A stretch of DNA of 64,000 bases from Podarcis pityusensis (lineage: Eukaryota), in the NCBI GenBank assembly GCA_964106645.2, contig OZ067038.1; one strand, given 5' to 3'. Position numbers and translations under genes: made by a program. Under the pieces are notes generated by a model that saw nothing but the letters and a program-made list of their open reading frames with translations, had not been told where the DNA came from and ran no database searches. This document shows positions 1 to 12,300 of the stretch, one piece after another; the stretch's first letter is position 1, and each line of letters starts with the position of its first letter.

Positions 1-240
1 CAAAAGGAATATCCACATGATAAAAAGATTCCTTCTGGTAACTACATGGCCTTCGCCTCAAATGCATTATGGGTTATCTTATGCTTTAAACTTGAATCCT
101 TTTTTGAAATTTGATTTAAAGCTTGATGGCAAACATGAGCATGTGTTGGAACACCTTTTAAAACTATGTTTCTAAAGAGTTATAAGCCCTTCCCAATGCT
201 ATGCATTTTTAGATTAATTTTTTTTATCCTTTCTGTACAG

Positions 241-328
241 GGATTTGGAACATCAGTTTATAACTCTTCATCTACTACAGTATCTTCCAGGCAAAGAAAA
301 TTTCACAACACAATTTGTGAATCATCCA
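241..328 (+). CDS. OTOG: OTOG exon (N-terminal, [29 protein letters not shown]), phase 0-1
   Basis: Strong acceptor ttttatcctttctgtacag, donor A|gtaagc; [15 protein letters not shown] aligns with recalled human SSWERRLHRAKCAPS and supplies the first EGF Cys. Confidence 0.8.
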
Positions 329-3300
329 GTAAGCTCCCTCTTTGTTCTGTTTTTAATCTGTTGGGAGCTGTCCAGAGTGGCTGGGGAAACCCAGATGGAT
401 GGGTGGGGTATAAAATAATGATAATGATAATGATAATGATAATGATAATGATTGATAATGATAATAATAATAATGTGATTATGGTTATTTTTAAAAATCA
501 CTGACCACAGTAACATGTGTCCCCACTTCACACTTCTCAGAATTGACTATGTACATGCAAACAAGATGCCTGCTTGTTAAGTTTCAAAATGTTTGCAGTT
601 TTAGAGTGTATATAGTCTGGATGAAGTATCTAAACAAAGTTTGATAAAGTAGCATGAAAGGGGAAGTAAGGGAGAGGTGATAGCTGTGTCTAGAATACAT
701 TAGGAAATATGACAAAATCTGTGAGTGCTATTCAAACCTGCTTCACTCAGAGTTGACCCACTGAAAGCAATAGATCTCACACAATCATGTTCATTAATTT
801 CATTGGCTTTACTCTGAGTAACTCCTAGTTGAATATCACCCCATATGTTGCAAAAGAAGAATTTATGGCAAACTTCCCATAGACATGAAATTGACTAGGT
901 TGGAATTTTTCACTATGCCAAGTGATTTGTATGGGACGTGTGGAAGCTCCCCCAAGGAGGAAAAGGAATGAAAATACATTTGCTTAATGGGGAGGCTCAC
1001 CTTCATTTATATCCACACACTTAATAACCTACTGATGTAGGATAATGGTTAGTTCTAAAATAGTGGAAGGGAAGAATTTTGTTCTTCTGTTCCAAAAAAA
1101 TAATAACTTTGTATAGCCAGGGACAAAGAGACAAAGTAAAAGACAAGAATCCTGAAGAGTAAATGGAGCCAGAGAGTGGAACATGTCATGTGTGAAAGCC
1201 CCAGATATAAGAGGGAAACTTATAAGGTCTTCTAGCAGGAGGAATTCTATGGTTCGCTAGCTCCATTAATAGCATTTCTATTAAAATTCTCCAGTGCTGG
1301 CATCACAAACTGGGCAAATGTAGAAGCAGGCATTAGGGCAAAATTGGTAATGAAAATATTAATAAAATGAACCTAGAACAGGACATGAGATGGAAAATTG
1401 CCTTTGAAATTTAATTGGCTTTTGAATTGCCATTTTCAAAGTCTGTCTGCAGCTCTCTTGCCAGCTGGTTAATGAAGGATTACAGGATGAATATAATGAA
1501 TATTATTATTTCTGGCTTATCTGACAATGTCAAAAGCTATTTACCTGGTATTTAAGCATTGGCTTACAGTATTTTTCAGGATCCTAAATTAATGGGAGCT
1601 GATCCTTCTCAACAACACAGAATATGAGCCTAGAGCTTATTAAATTTAACTCTTATTACACTGAGTCTAAATCTTCTTATTCCTTATGAAACTGGGTCAC
1701 TTGAAAGTATTACTGGTGATTTTGGGGATATGGTTTGTTACAAAATAGTTTGTAATTGATTGCTATTTGTCACACATTATTTATGTGGTATGTAGAAATA
1801 TGATTCAGAAGTTTTCCAGTGATATTAGATCACTTGTAAATGTCAATGTGTATGCTTAAATTGTTAATTTATTTTATAAACTAAATATTGGGGGGGGGGG
1901 GAGATGATTTGTGCAAACTATTACCGATACTGGGCTGGATCAACAGGTTCCTTCTGTGAATGAAAGGGGTGCTTCTGTGAACATAAGACTCCGTCCATGA
2001 GTGGAAGGGAATCTTTGGATCCTGTTACTTCTGCCATTTAATACTGCGCTGTGCATTTTATAGAAGATGGAATGTTTTCTTGCTTAGAGGATGGGAATCA
2101 TTACATGCTGCAGAAAGAGCAGGTATATGTATCTATGGTGTTCCTGTAACATGTGAGAATGGTACCCATCTATTTTTGAGGTGTCATTCCCCTTGGATTA
2201 GGAGCCTTTTCTCTGGAAGGGAAACTTTGGATGCAGCCCATCCCATGCAAAAAACTGCAACAAGTAGTAATAGCTCTGAGTCCAAACAAAGTCTATGGTT
2301 TGGCTCCCATATGTTAGGGGAAATTGCAGGTCTACATGGTACCCACTAATTGGAGGAGGGTACCCACTAACATCTGTAATGTATGATGTACCTATAAGTA
2401 GGACGATTTATAAATGCTTACCAGCAGCCAACACTCTATCACATGTTGGCAACAAAAACATTTTTCTCAGTTAAGAGATGTGTGATTTTCAGTCCACAAA
2501 TGAGATGCAAACAATTGTTTTCTGAGAAAACCCTTGTAGTCCATTATCTGAAACATGTGTTGCTATTATCTACTTTCATGTGTCCATCTAATTACCCCTT
2601 AACATGTATATGACTTGCAAATAAAGGATTATGTATTCTGTCTTAATTAGATTCATTCACATGCTTTAATGGAGGTGAGTGCGTGCACTGGCAACTGTGT
2701 GACTGTAGTCGATATAATGCAACTGGATCAAGATGTCAGAAAAGTGAGTAGAAAGTAGTTTGCATGTTACATATTGTGTCTAGCATGACATAAGACCCAC
2801 ACTTATAGCTTTACTGGCAAACTTCTTTTCAGAAGAAGGCTCAATTGTATTCTTGGATACAGTAATTGAACAACTACATGTGTTGTTTATTGATTTTAAT
2901 TGATAATTTGTGTCCCACCTTTCATCCAAATGATGCTCAAGGCAGTTAATCACAATGATACAAATGCAATAAGATACAGTGGATGCTTGGGTGGCGAATG
3001 TGATCTGTGCGGGAAGCATGTTCGCAACCTGCAGCGCCGTGTCTGCGCACGCGCGGGTCGCGATTTGGCGCTTCTGCGCATTCACAAAGCACAATTTAGT
3101 GCTTCTGCACATGCGTAAGCGCCAAAACCCGGAAGTAACCCATTCCGGTACTTCTGGGTTCGGTGCAGTGCGCAACCCAAAATCGCGCAACCCAAAGCGT
3201 CTGTAACCCGAGGTATGACTGTATTATAAAATAACCCTGCTTATGTATATTATTATGTGTGTTAACACACCTGTTTATTATCAATAATTGTTTTATGCAC

Positions 3301-6300
3301 ACTGCTTAGAGGGTTTTTAAAATTAAGTATATGTTTTGCTAAATAAATATTTAAACATTCCTCCTTTTTGGGAGCTCACCCCCAGAAGAGGAGTAGGCAT
3401 TAGTGAGAGATCCTGTTTCAAAAATTGCTTTCCCCGCATCTCTTTTCATTTTCTGCCATAGTATACAACACAGGTGCAGAACGAGACCACATTTGCCGAA
3501 CATGGGGACAATACCATTATGAAACCTTTGATGGGCTCTACTACTTTTTCTCTGGAAAAGATACATACACTCTCTTAAGGCAGAATGAATTGGACGAACA
3601 GAGCTTCTCTATACAAGTGAGAAATGACAGTGTAAAGTTCATTCCTAATCATTTAAAATAAATCTGATTTGCAATAAATATGAGCATTTCATGCATTATT
3701 ATCATTAGTAGTAGTATTAGTATTAAAAAACCCCCACTGTGAGAATTGTTTGATTCTGTTGCTTCCTGCTAGTTCTTGAACTGATAGTTCCAGTGGGTTG
3801 GGCTGCTTGTATGGTTTGACTTGCAAGCAATCCTTCAGCATGCATGGTGCTATGGAGCATATGGGTATCATTTCTCAGAGCTGATCAAGATTGTGAGTGA
3901 CAACTATACCTACTGCTGCTAGCCAAGCTCATTGGAAACTGAAAGGAGTTGAGTGAGGAGAGCCTGGAGGGCTTGGAAGAAGTTGTTATGGTCAGTGCCA
4001 AGACTCAGGCTATCCTGGAGGCCTTCCTCCAATAGAGAGCCAGTATGGTGTAGAGGTCAAAGTATCAGACTAGGATCTTGGAGGCCAGTGTTCAAATCTC
4101 CACTCAGCCATGAAATTGAATGGGTGATCTTGGGCCAGTCACTGCCTCTCAACCTAAGCTACCTCATAGGGTTGTTGAGGGGATTAAATGAGGAGGGGGA
4201 AAGCTATGTACGCTGCCTTGTGCCCCTTGAAGAAAAAGGTGGATATAAATGCAATAAAAATGAATGAATGTGGCTCAAGTAATATAGGAAGGAGGGAGGG
4301 AGGGAACTACAACTTACCATGGCTGTAATCATATACACAAATGGGAGCAAGGCCCATTGAATTCAACAGGACTTGCTGCTGGGTAGACATATATAGTGTA
4401 TGCTGCTTTCCCCTAAGATCACAAGTAAAGTGCTTCTGTGTACATGAGGGGTGAAGAATTCTGATCTTTCTTATCGGTAGCAGTCCATAATGTCTCATGA
4501 AATGCCATGGTGGGTTTCCCAAAGCTGTTGGAGTGGTTTGGGAGGGCCTGCAGTAGGGGAATAACTAAAAACCACATGTGCACTCTTTGGTTGTTGTAAG
4601 ATCCATGTGTTATCCCTAGTCTGAGGCTATAAAGAATGTGGATGAATAATCTCACTATGCCAAAATATTCCAAGTTTCCAGTTTTCCAAATGCTTTCTGC
4701 TTTTGTTTGTGCCATCAAATTATACTATTTGATGATGCACAAAAATCTGGGTCAGTTTCTGTTTTGTTTGATTGAAAAGAGCTCTGTTGGATGAGACCAC
4801 AGTCCTTTCTAGATTAGCATTTTGTTCTGGCAGTGGCCAAGCAGATGCCTTTAGGATGCTGACAGCCAGGATATGAGCACAATAGCACTATCCTGCTTGT
4901 GTTCCCCAGTATTGGTATTCAGAGGCATGAAAATACTGTTATTCAAAAGGAGTACTCCTTCACACATGCAGTCAAGTCCCACAAGATGTAGTGATGGTCA
5001 CCAACTAGGATAGCTTTAAAAGGGAGTTAATTAGCCAAATGAAAATGGGATAAAACTGTCAATGGCTACTAGGTATGACGGCTATGTACTACTTCCAGTG
5101 TCAGAGGCAGTATCTGAGAACCTGATGCTGGGGAGCACAAGTGAGAAGAGGATTGTTGCACTCCTATTCTGGTTGCTGGCTTCCCATCGGCATCTGGTTG
5201 CCCACTGTGACAAAAGGATACTGGACTGGGGCCCTTTATTTGATGCAACGTGGCTCCTCTTGTACTGACTCTGACACTGGAGGTAATATAGCCTTTGACT
5301 GAATGGATTTATATTCTACCTTTCCTCCAGTGGTGACCAGGAGGCTGAATATGGTTCCCCAGTTTATCCTGAAGTGAATAAATATGAGATATGGAATACT
5401 ACTTTATTTAAAGGAATATATAAGAGATACTCACAGAGGCTGCAATTTCAAAGTCATTTTGGGGCCACATTCCTAAAACAGTATGTGAAATGCCCAAAAT
5501 ATAGTTGTTTCTAAAATACTTATTTCGTCCATTTTTGGCAGATCCATAATGATCCAGATTGCAAGTCTTCTCCATATTCCTGTAAACGATCAATTAGCCT
5601 ATACTTTTCTGGAGACGAGGAAATCAGATTAAGTAGTGAGGTCACCTACAAAGGGATTGGGTAAATTCAATGTTTTGTTTTATTTTATTTTTATTTGCCA
5701 TGTTATTTTGATATGCAGAGATGTAGGGCCCTTAATTGATTCCTAACTATATGCTATCTTCATTCCTACAAATAATAATACAGTAATTCAATTGGCAAGT
5801 CATTTTAAGTTTATTACAGTGGTACCTCTGGTTACGTACTTAATTCGTTCCGGAGGTCCGTTCTTAACCTGAAACTGTTCTTAACCTGAAGCACCACTTT
5901 AGCTAATGGGGTCTCCTGCTGCCGCCGTGCTGCCGCCGCCCGAGTTTTGTTCTCATCCTGAAGCAAAGTTCTTAACCCAAGGTACTATTTCTGGGTTAGC
6001 GGAGTCTGTAACCGGAAGCGTCTGTAACCTGAAGTGTATGTAACCCGAGGTACCACTGTATTTGTAACCCTAAGTCATAAAAAAATAGTGTGTGTACATT
6101 TCTTCAGAAATGGGGGCCTAATCTAAGAGTGATATAAGTGATTGGAAACAAAAATAGCATCATTGATTGATAGCGGAATGCAGTAATTACTATAATTGAA
6201 AAGTGATTAATTATTTATTTCCCCATGAGGCATCCTAAAACAATTTGCAATATAATTAAAATATTAAACAGTTAAAAAACTGCATATATGAAAACAATTT

Positions 6301-9300
6301 TGCACACACACAAACACACAAACATTTTAAAACAGCACATACATAAAATCAATTCTGACCCAATATTGATGCCAACTGGGTATTCAAGAGGTCTGTTGAA
6401 AGAGGAACATCTTTAGCAGGCACTGAAAAGACCACAGATACGGTGCCTGTTTGATAGCAAAGGTAAAGATGAAGGTAAAGGTAAAAGACCCTGGACGGAT
6501 AAGGTGACTATGGGGTGACTGTGGGGTGCGGCACTCATCTTCATGTGGTCAGCGTGACTAAACCGCTTCCAGCGCTACCCTGATGGAAGCCAGAGTGCAT
6601 GGAAATGCTGTTTACCTTCCTGCCACAGCAGTGCCTATTTATCTACTTGCACTGGTGTGCTTTTGAACTGCTAGGTTGGCAGAAGCTGGGACAGAGCAAT
6701 GGGAGCTCACCCCATTGTGGGGATTTGAACCGCCAACCTTCTGATAGGCAAGCCCAAGAGGCTCAGTGGTTTAGACCACAGTGCCACCCGCGTTCCTGCC
6801 TGTTTGATATATAATGGGTATAAAGGATGACAATGAGTTTGTTTGTTTATCATGGTATTTGTTTGGCTTTCCAGGATACAATTACCATATACCATAGGGA
6901 ACTTGTATATCCAAGCATTAGCTGGATATGTCATTGTTAGACACCAGTATGCATTCTCTCTGGCTTGGGATGGTACCTCTGCTGTTTATATTAAGATGGC
7001 TCCTGACTACTTGGGCAGAACTCATGGACTGTGTGGTAACAACAATGCCATTCTGCAAGATGAACTTGCCACTAGTTATGGTGAGTATTTCATCTAATTT
7101 ATTAAGATGTTATTTGTGTTCCTCAGCAGTTACAGGCCTTACTTAGAAAGAGCAAGACTGCTATAGCCCTCTTTTTGTCTCGTTTGGCTTCCCTAAATGC
7201 CATAATTGCTATGACTTCATCCATTGGCTAAAAACACTGAAAGGAGAGAGCAGGTTAGTTCTCACAAGACAAATGGGCAAAATAGTGACTGCACATTTTG
7301 CTTCATATCTCAGATTCTGCATGGCTTGCTTTTTAAAATGAAAGCTGGGAATCTGGCACATTATGGCCAGTGGGATGGTGGTGGCACTGCCTATTAAATA
7401 GCTTCTGTCCATGAGCAGAAAAGGACCAGAATTTCTTCTTGTGTTGTTTTAAAATGGTTTATTTGTGATTTCTACATATACTTTGCTCTTCAATATTGAT
7501 GGGCTTCATGTGCATTTTGTGTGCCAATGTCTTTATACCATTTTTCCCCGAGGACAAAATGTAATATAAGAAGTGGCCTTGGATGAGCTGTTGATTAGAA
7601 TTTAGCATTAACAGGAGCAGTCACACTTCTATCTAACTATCTATCTGACAGAGATGCTTTGTATTTCTTTCATAGCTTCCATCTAAACCCAATCAATAAA
7701 AATGTTAATTTCCTGCATTTGTGCACTTTCCCCTAGGAAAACTTACTGAAGACATTGAAGAGTTTGTAGAAAGCTGGAGAGAAAATCCTCCACAGGAGAA
7801 CATCTTCTCCTGGGATACCTCATTTAACTATGAGCCACCCTGTATGACTCAAAGTCAAACATTTTTGCAGGTAGGCACGATAATTAATGTAAGGCAGGCA
7901 CACTGGCTTGTTCCCGCGATTGAGGGGGCTGGTGCTCCACAACATGCTCACACTCTGTGCACATGCTGTGCAATGTGCTGATGTGTCACATGCACATTAT
8001 GTGGCATACATGAGTGATGTGAGTGTGGCATGAGCACATGGCATGAGCACATCACTGCAAAATATTGATGAGGCCCAACCCCCTCCTTGAAAATTGTGGG
8101 GGCCCTCAGCCCCTTCTAGGTGACACCCCTGATGTAAGACATAAACTTGTATGAGACTGAATTCTGAAACTTCTTATTTTAAAAAATGACATAAATGACA
8201 TCCTAATTGCAAAAAGAAACCGCTGCCCATCGTTATGGGATTGAGACCCTTAGTTAAATAGCTGTGATGCATTGCTTACATAATAAACATAGTTTCTGGA
8301 TGGTTCACATGGCTCTATACTGACTGAAATTGACATGACAGCAATTGAGCTAGCTGGGGTATAAATGATTTTAGATTCTATCTGCCTCCTTCTTTCAAGT
8401 TCATTTCTGATTTTACTCTCTACCTTAAAATATGTGGAAAATGTTATTTCCTAGAGGAGTGCTTAAGGTTCATAGATTAAGTAGATTTCTTATCATGCTT
8501 GAGTTATTTTTAATTCCTCCTTTTATTTCATTCTTTGAAATTATTATTCAGAGCTTCCTATTTGAGCATTCAAAGGCTGTAGCCAGCCAGTGGATTCCTG
8601 TGTTATTTAGTGCCAGAATTTAATCAGATAATTCTTCCTCACTTGTATTAAAATCTGTGAAAGAGCTTTTGTCTCCATAGACAGCTGTCCATAATGACAA
8701 AGAAAAAGTTCATCATAATTTTGGCTACCATATTTCAGTTTCATCAGAAAACTTATCCCATACCAAGTCTGCTTTAGATTTCCTGCGTAGGGATGAGGAA
8801 AAAAAATACCAGCATTTTGCTACTGGCCCTGGAGGGGGAAAAACAATTTATTAGTGTTTATTCAAATATGTCAACGTACATACAGTATAGTGCATGTATT
8901 ATGTAAATGTAATATGAGTATGTTTAATTACAAATTATACATCTGTGTTGAATCTGATAGACCTCATTTGAAACCTAAAATATAAACAATTCACATGCTA
9001 GATAAAATATGAATTCACAATGCTGCCTCTTCAACTAAAACCTGTAGATGGAATGGTACTCCATTCATGGATCATGGCATTCCTGCCTTCCCTATATAAC
9101 ACCCTGTGCCTCCCTGGAAATCCACCACTTATGGACTCTTAAGAGCCTACCAGGCATCCCCAAACTCGGCCCTCCAGATGTTTTGGGACTACACCTCCCA
9201 TCATTTCTAGCTAACCAGACCAGTGGTCAATGATGATGGGAATTATAGTCCCAAAGCATCTGGAGGGCCGAGTTTGGGGTGCCTGGTAGGCTCTCTGGCA

Positions 9301-12300
9301 CAGAGTGAGCTGTGACATAGGAACCTGCAGCATGACATGGAAATAATAAAAAACCCAATCCCCCTTGTGCAAGCCTCCTACTCAGCAACATCTTTGCAGC
9401 CTTGCCAATCTTTCTAGGACCATTGCTCTCAGACTTTGGATTCAAAATCAAAGGCTGGATACTTATCAGATAATCTAGTTTCTAGACTATTTTTGTTTTT
9501 TTTAAAGCATTTTTTAAAAAAGCTTCTTCCTTCACACTAATTCTTTGTGTGTTTTCAGAGGACGTATGCATTCTGCAGCATTCTGCTCTGGAGCCCCTTC
9601 AAAGAGTGCCATGAATTTGTGAGCCCATTTCCTTTCATGGCCAGCTGCACAAATGATCTATGCATGTAAGTGTCTTGGTTTGAGAAGTCCTGAATTAGCA
9701 GTCAGTGGTTGGGATTCAGAGAGGTCCACTTAAAACACTTCTTGGTATGGATGGGACTGTGCTGATTTTCAGCTTCTAGTTACAGCACTTCATACTGATG
9801 AATGCCATTCCAAGCAGTATCTTTAGGAGTAGCTTTTTCATGTGCATAAGGTACCATGGTAGCTGTGGGAATGGGGTTCTTTGGATTCTGACTGTTAAGT
9901 TTCTGCAAATATTAAATACATCTCTTTTTGGGGGCCTGCTTCTCTTCTCACTGTTTTTGACTGTCCTTTGTGGTACCACTTCTAGTTATAATAGAATGAG
10001 TAGCAGTAGAGTTAAAGCGAAATATTTATTGATTTAAACATTATATGCGTTTTGAATGTTCATCATTGGTATAATTTAGAGTAAATTAGCAGTAATTTAG
10101 TAGTAAACCATGGCTTAGAGTTATGGAAACAATGCCTCAGCATGACTTGTACTCAAATGCAATCACTGCCTCTACTCTTTGTTTAGCTGCAAGGAAGGGA
10201 TTGGCAGCTTCCACTTCTGTTTTAGCTTAGCAGCAGTTTTATGTGTTGTCCCAGTCCTAAACTGTGGTTAATTAGAACAGTGAAAATAAGGCTGTGTCAA
10301 TTTTATTTTATTTTTGTGTTAAGGTCAGAAGCTGATAATGCAACTTTGTGTCGAGCATTAACTGAGTATGCAAGGACTTGTGCTCAAGCAGGAAAACCTC
10401 TCCACAACTGGCGGGCACAATTTAAGGAATGTGGTATGCAATGACAAGGTTTTAGAATGCTGTCTTCTGGCAAAATATTATGCATATCGTTTATTCCCCT
10501 TTCTGCCAATTTTCTCATTTTTAAATATAGGTTCATCTGGCCTTGCTATGGACTTCGTTGGTTGCCTGTTTTGTAATGGGAGCCTGTTAGCAATTTTTCC
10601 ATCTGGCAAATTGGCAGGGCCATTTGGTTTTCAGCTACTACCGTAGCAATCGTCACAACTTTGTAAAGTTTGGCCGTTAGGCGTTGGATCAGCAATCATG
10701 GGGAGGGGAGGTGGGGCCATCACCTGCCCCTCCAAGTTCAAGGGTATTCCGTTAAAGAAATCTAGGGATTGGCCTGGGTCTTGTCCGAAACCCCTGCGGA
10801 GGGGGCTAGGGCCATACCAGGACCCCACAGGGACACTGGGGGTGAGCGCCAGTCAGGACCCTCTGGCGGTGCTCCCTCTGGTGGTGTTCATCCTCTATGG
10901 GATTCCCCGTGATGATGCCAATGCCTAATTCAATACCACTCACATTCTGTATTCAATAAAATTGTGGCCTAAATTTTGCCCAATTACTTAAACTAAAATC
11001 CTGTGTCACTGTTTCATTTTTTGGGGGTGCTGGGGGGGGTATTGAATCGCAACTGAGTATGCAAGGACTTGTGCCCAAGCAGGAAAACCTCTCCACAACT
11101 GGCGGGCACAATTTAAGGAATGTGGTATGCAATGACAAGGTTTTAGAATGCTATCTTCTAGCAAAATATTCTGCATATCGTTTATTCCCCTTTCTGCAGG
11201 TTTTCTCGTTTTTAAATATTGTACCTTAATTGGTTATTGTATGCAAGTTCAGACTTTAAGACAAACCAGTATATGCTTTTGCATGGAGACCACTTCACTA
11301 GATGCTTAAATTCAAATTAAAGTAGCATCAATTTTCCAACCCAGGAAGGAGAAGCATAAATCATTTAACATTTCTTCATTTCTTCTGTTTTCCAGTCATT
11401 AAATGTGAGGAGCATCTTGTCTACAATGAATGCATTGACTGCTGCCCAGTTTCATGTCAGCAAAAAACTCACTGTGTTGACAGTGAACTGCCCTGTGTTG
11501 ATGGATGCTATTGTCCAGATGGTAATGCAGTTTTTGGTGTGGAATTTTGTTAGAAGTTGTGGCCTTTCAGAAGCTTATGGCCTTTCTGCAATCTACAAGA
11601 CACAGTAATTAAGTCACACTCCAGATATTTGTCAACAAAACCAGATGGGTTCATTCTAGAGGCAATGGGTGGTATTCAACTAACATCTCCTGTCAATACA
11701 AGGATTTCCTCTTGTGCAATAGAACTTTCCTTTCATCTCTTGTTCCCATGCACATTCTCTGCCTTTTCTAAGTCTGCTACAGAGAGTTGGAGGAGCCCCC
11801 AGAGCAGATTCTATGAACGAGCTGGACTATAAGGGTTCAGGCGATCCTTGAGGTATCCTGGACCCAAGTTGTTCAGGGCTTTGTAAATCAATGCAAGAAT
11901 TTTGAACCTGGCTCAGTAGCAGATGGTCAGACAGTGCAGCTGTTTTAACAATGGTGTCACATGTTCTTGACCAGAAGCTCCCCTCAGCAATCTGGCTGCA
12001 GCATTCTACACCAGCTGGAGTTTCCAAACCAGACCCAAGTGCAGCCCCACATAGAGCTCATTATAGTAATCCAGCCTTGCTCCAAAACTCCTAATGACAG
12101 CACCCAATGACTGCGTATAGATATCAGATAGCCCTGGGGACAGACTTATTGGGAGTAAGCCTTACAAAACTTGGTATGACATTTTAGAAAACAGGCTTAG
12201 GCTGAGAGGCTAAGTGATAGCATACCCTATATTGACTTGATAGTATGTTAAGAAATCAAATGGATTTCTGTGAAAATATTTTTGGTATTGGGCTGCAACT

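Noticed and set aside
1580-1735. Signal-peptide-like hydrophobic frame ([16 protein letters not shown]) as an alternative first exon
   Set aside because: No in-frame ATG (stops immediately upstream), and it lies downstream of a better-supported coding exon.
2064-2122. Candidate exon [11 protein letters not shown] with AG/GT ends and compatible 3' phase
   Set aside because: It lacks the required first EGF cysteine; exon 241-328 fits homology and splice signals better.
2780-3206. ORFs over MITEs here and at 16171-16632 with similar peptides
   Set aside because: The similarity reflects non-coding MITE family sequence; no transposase motifs.
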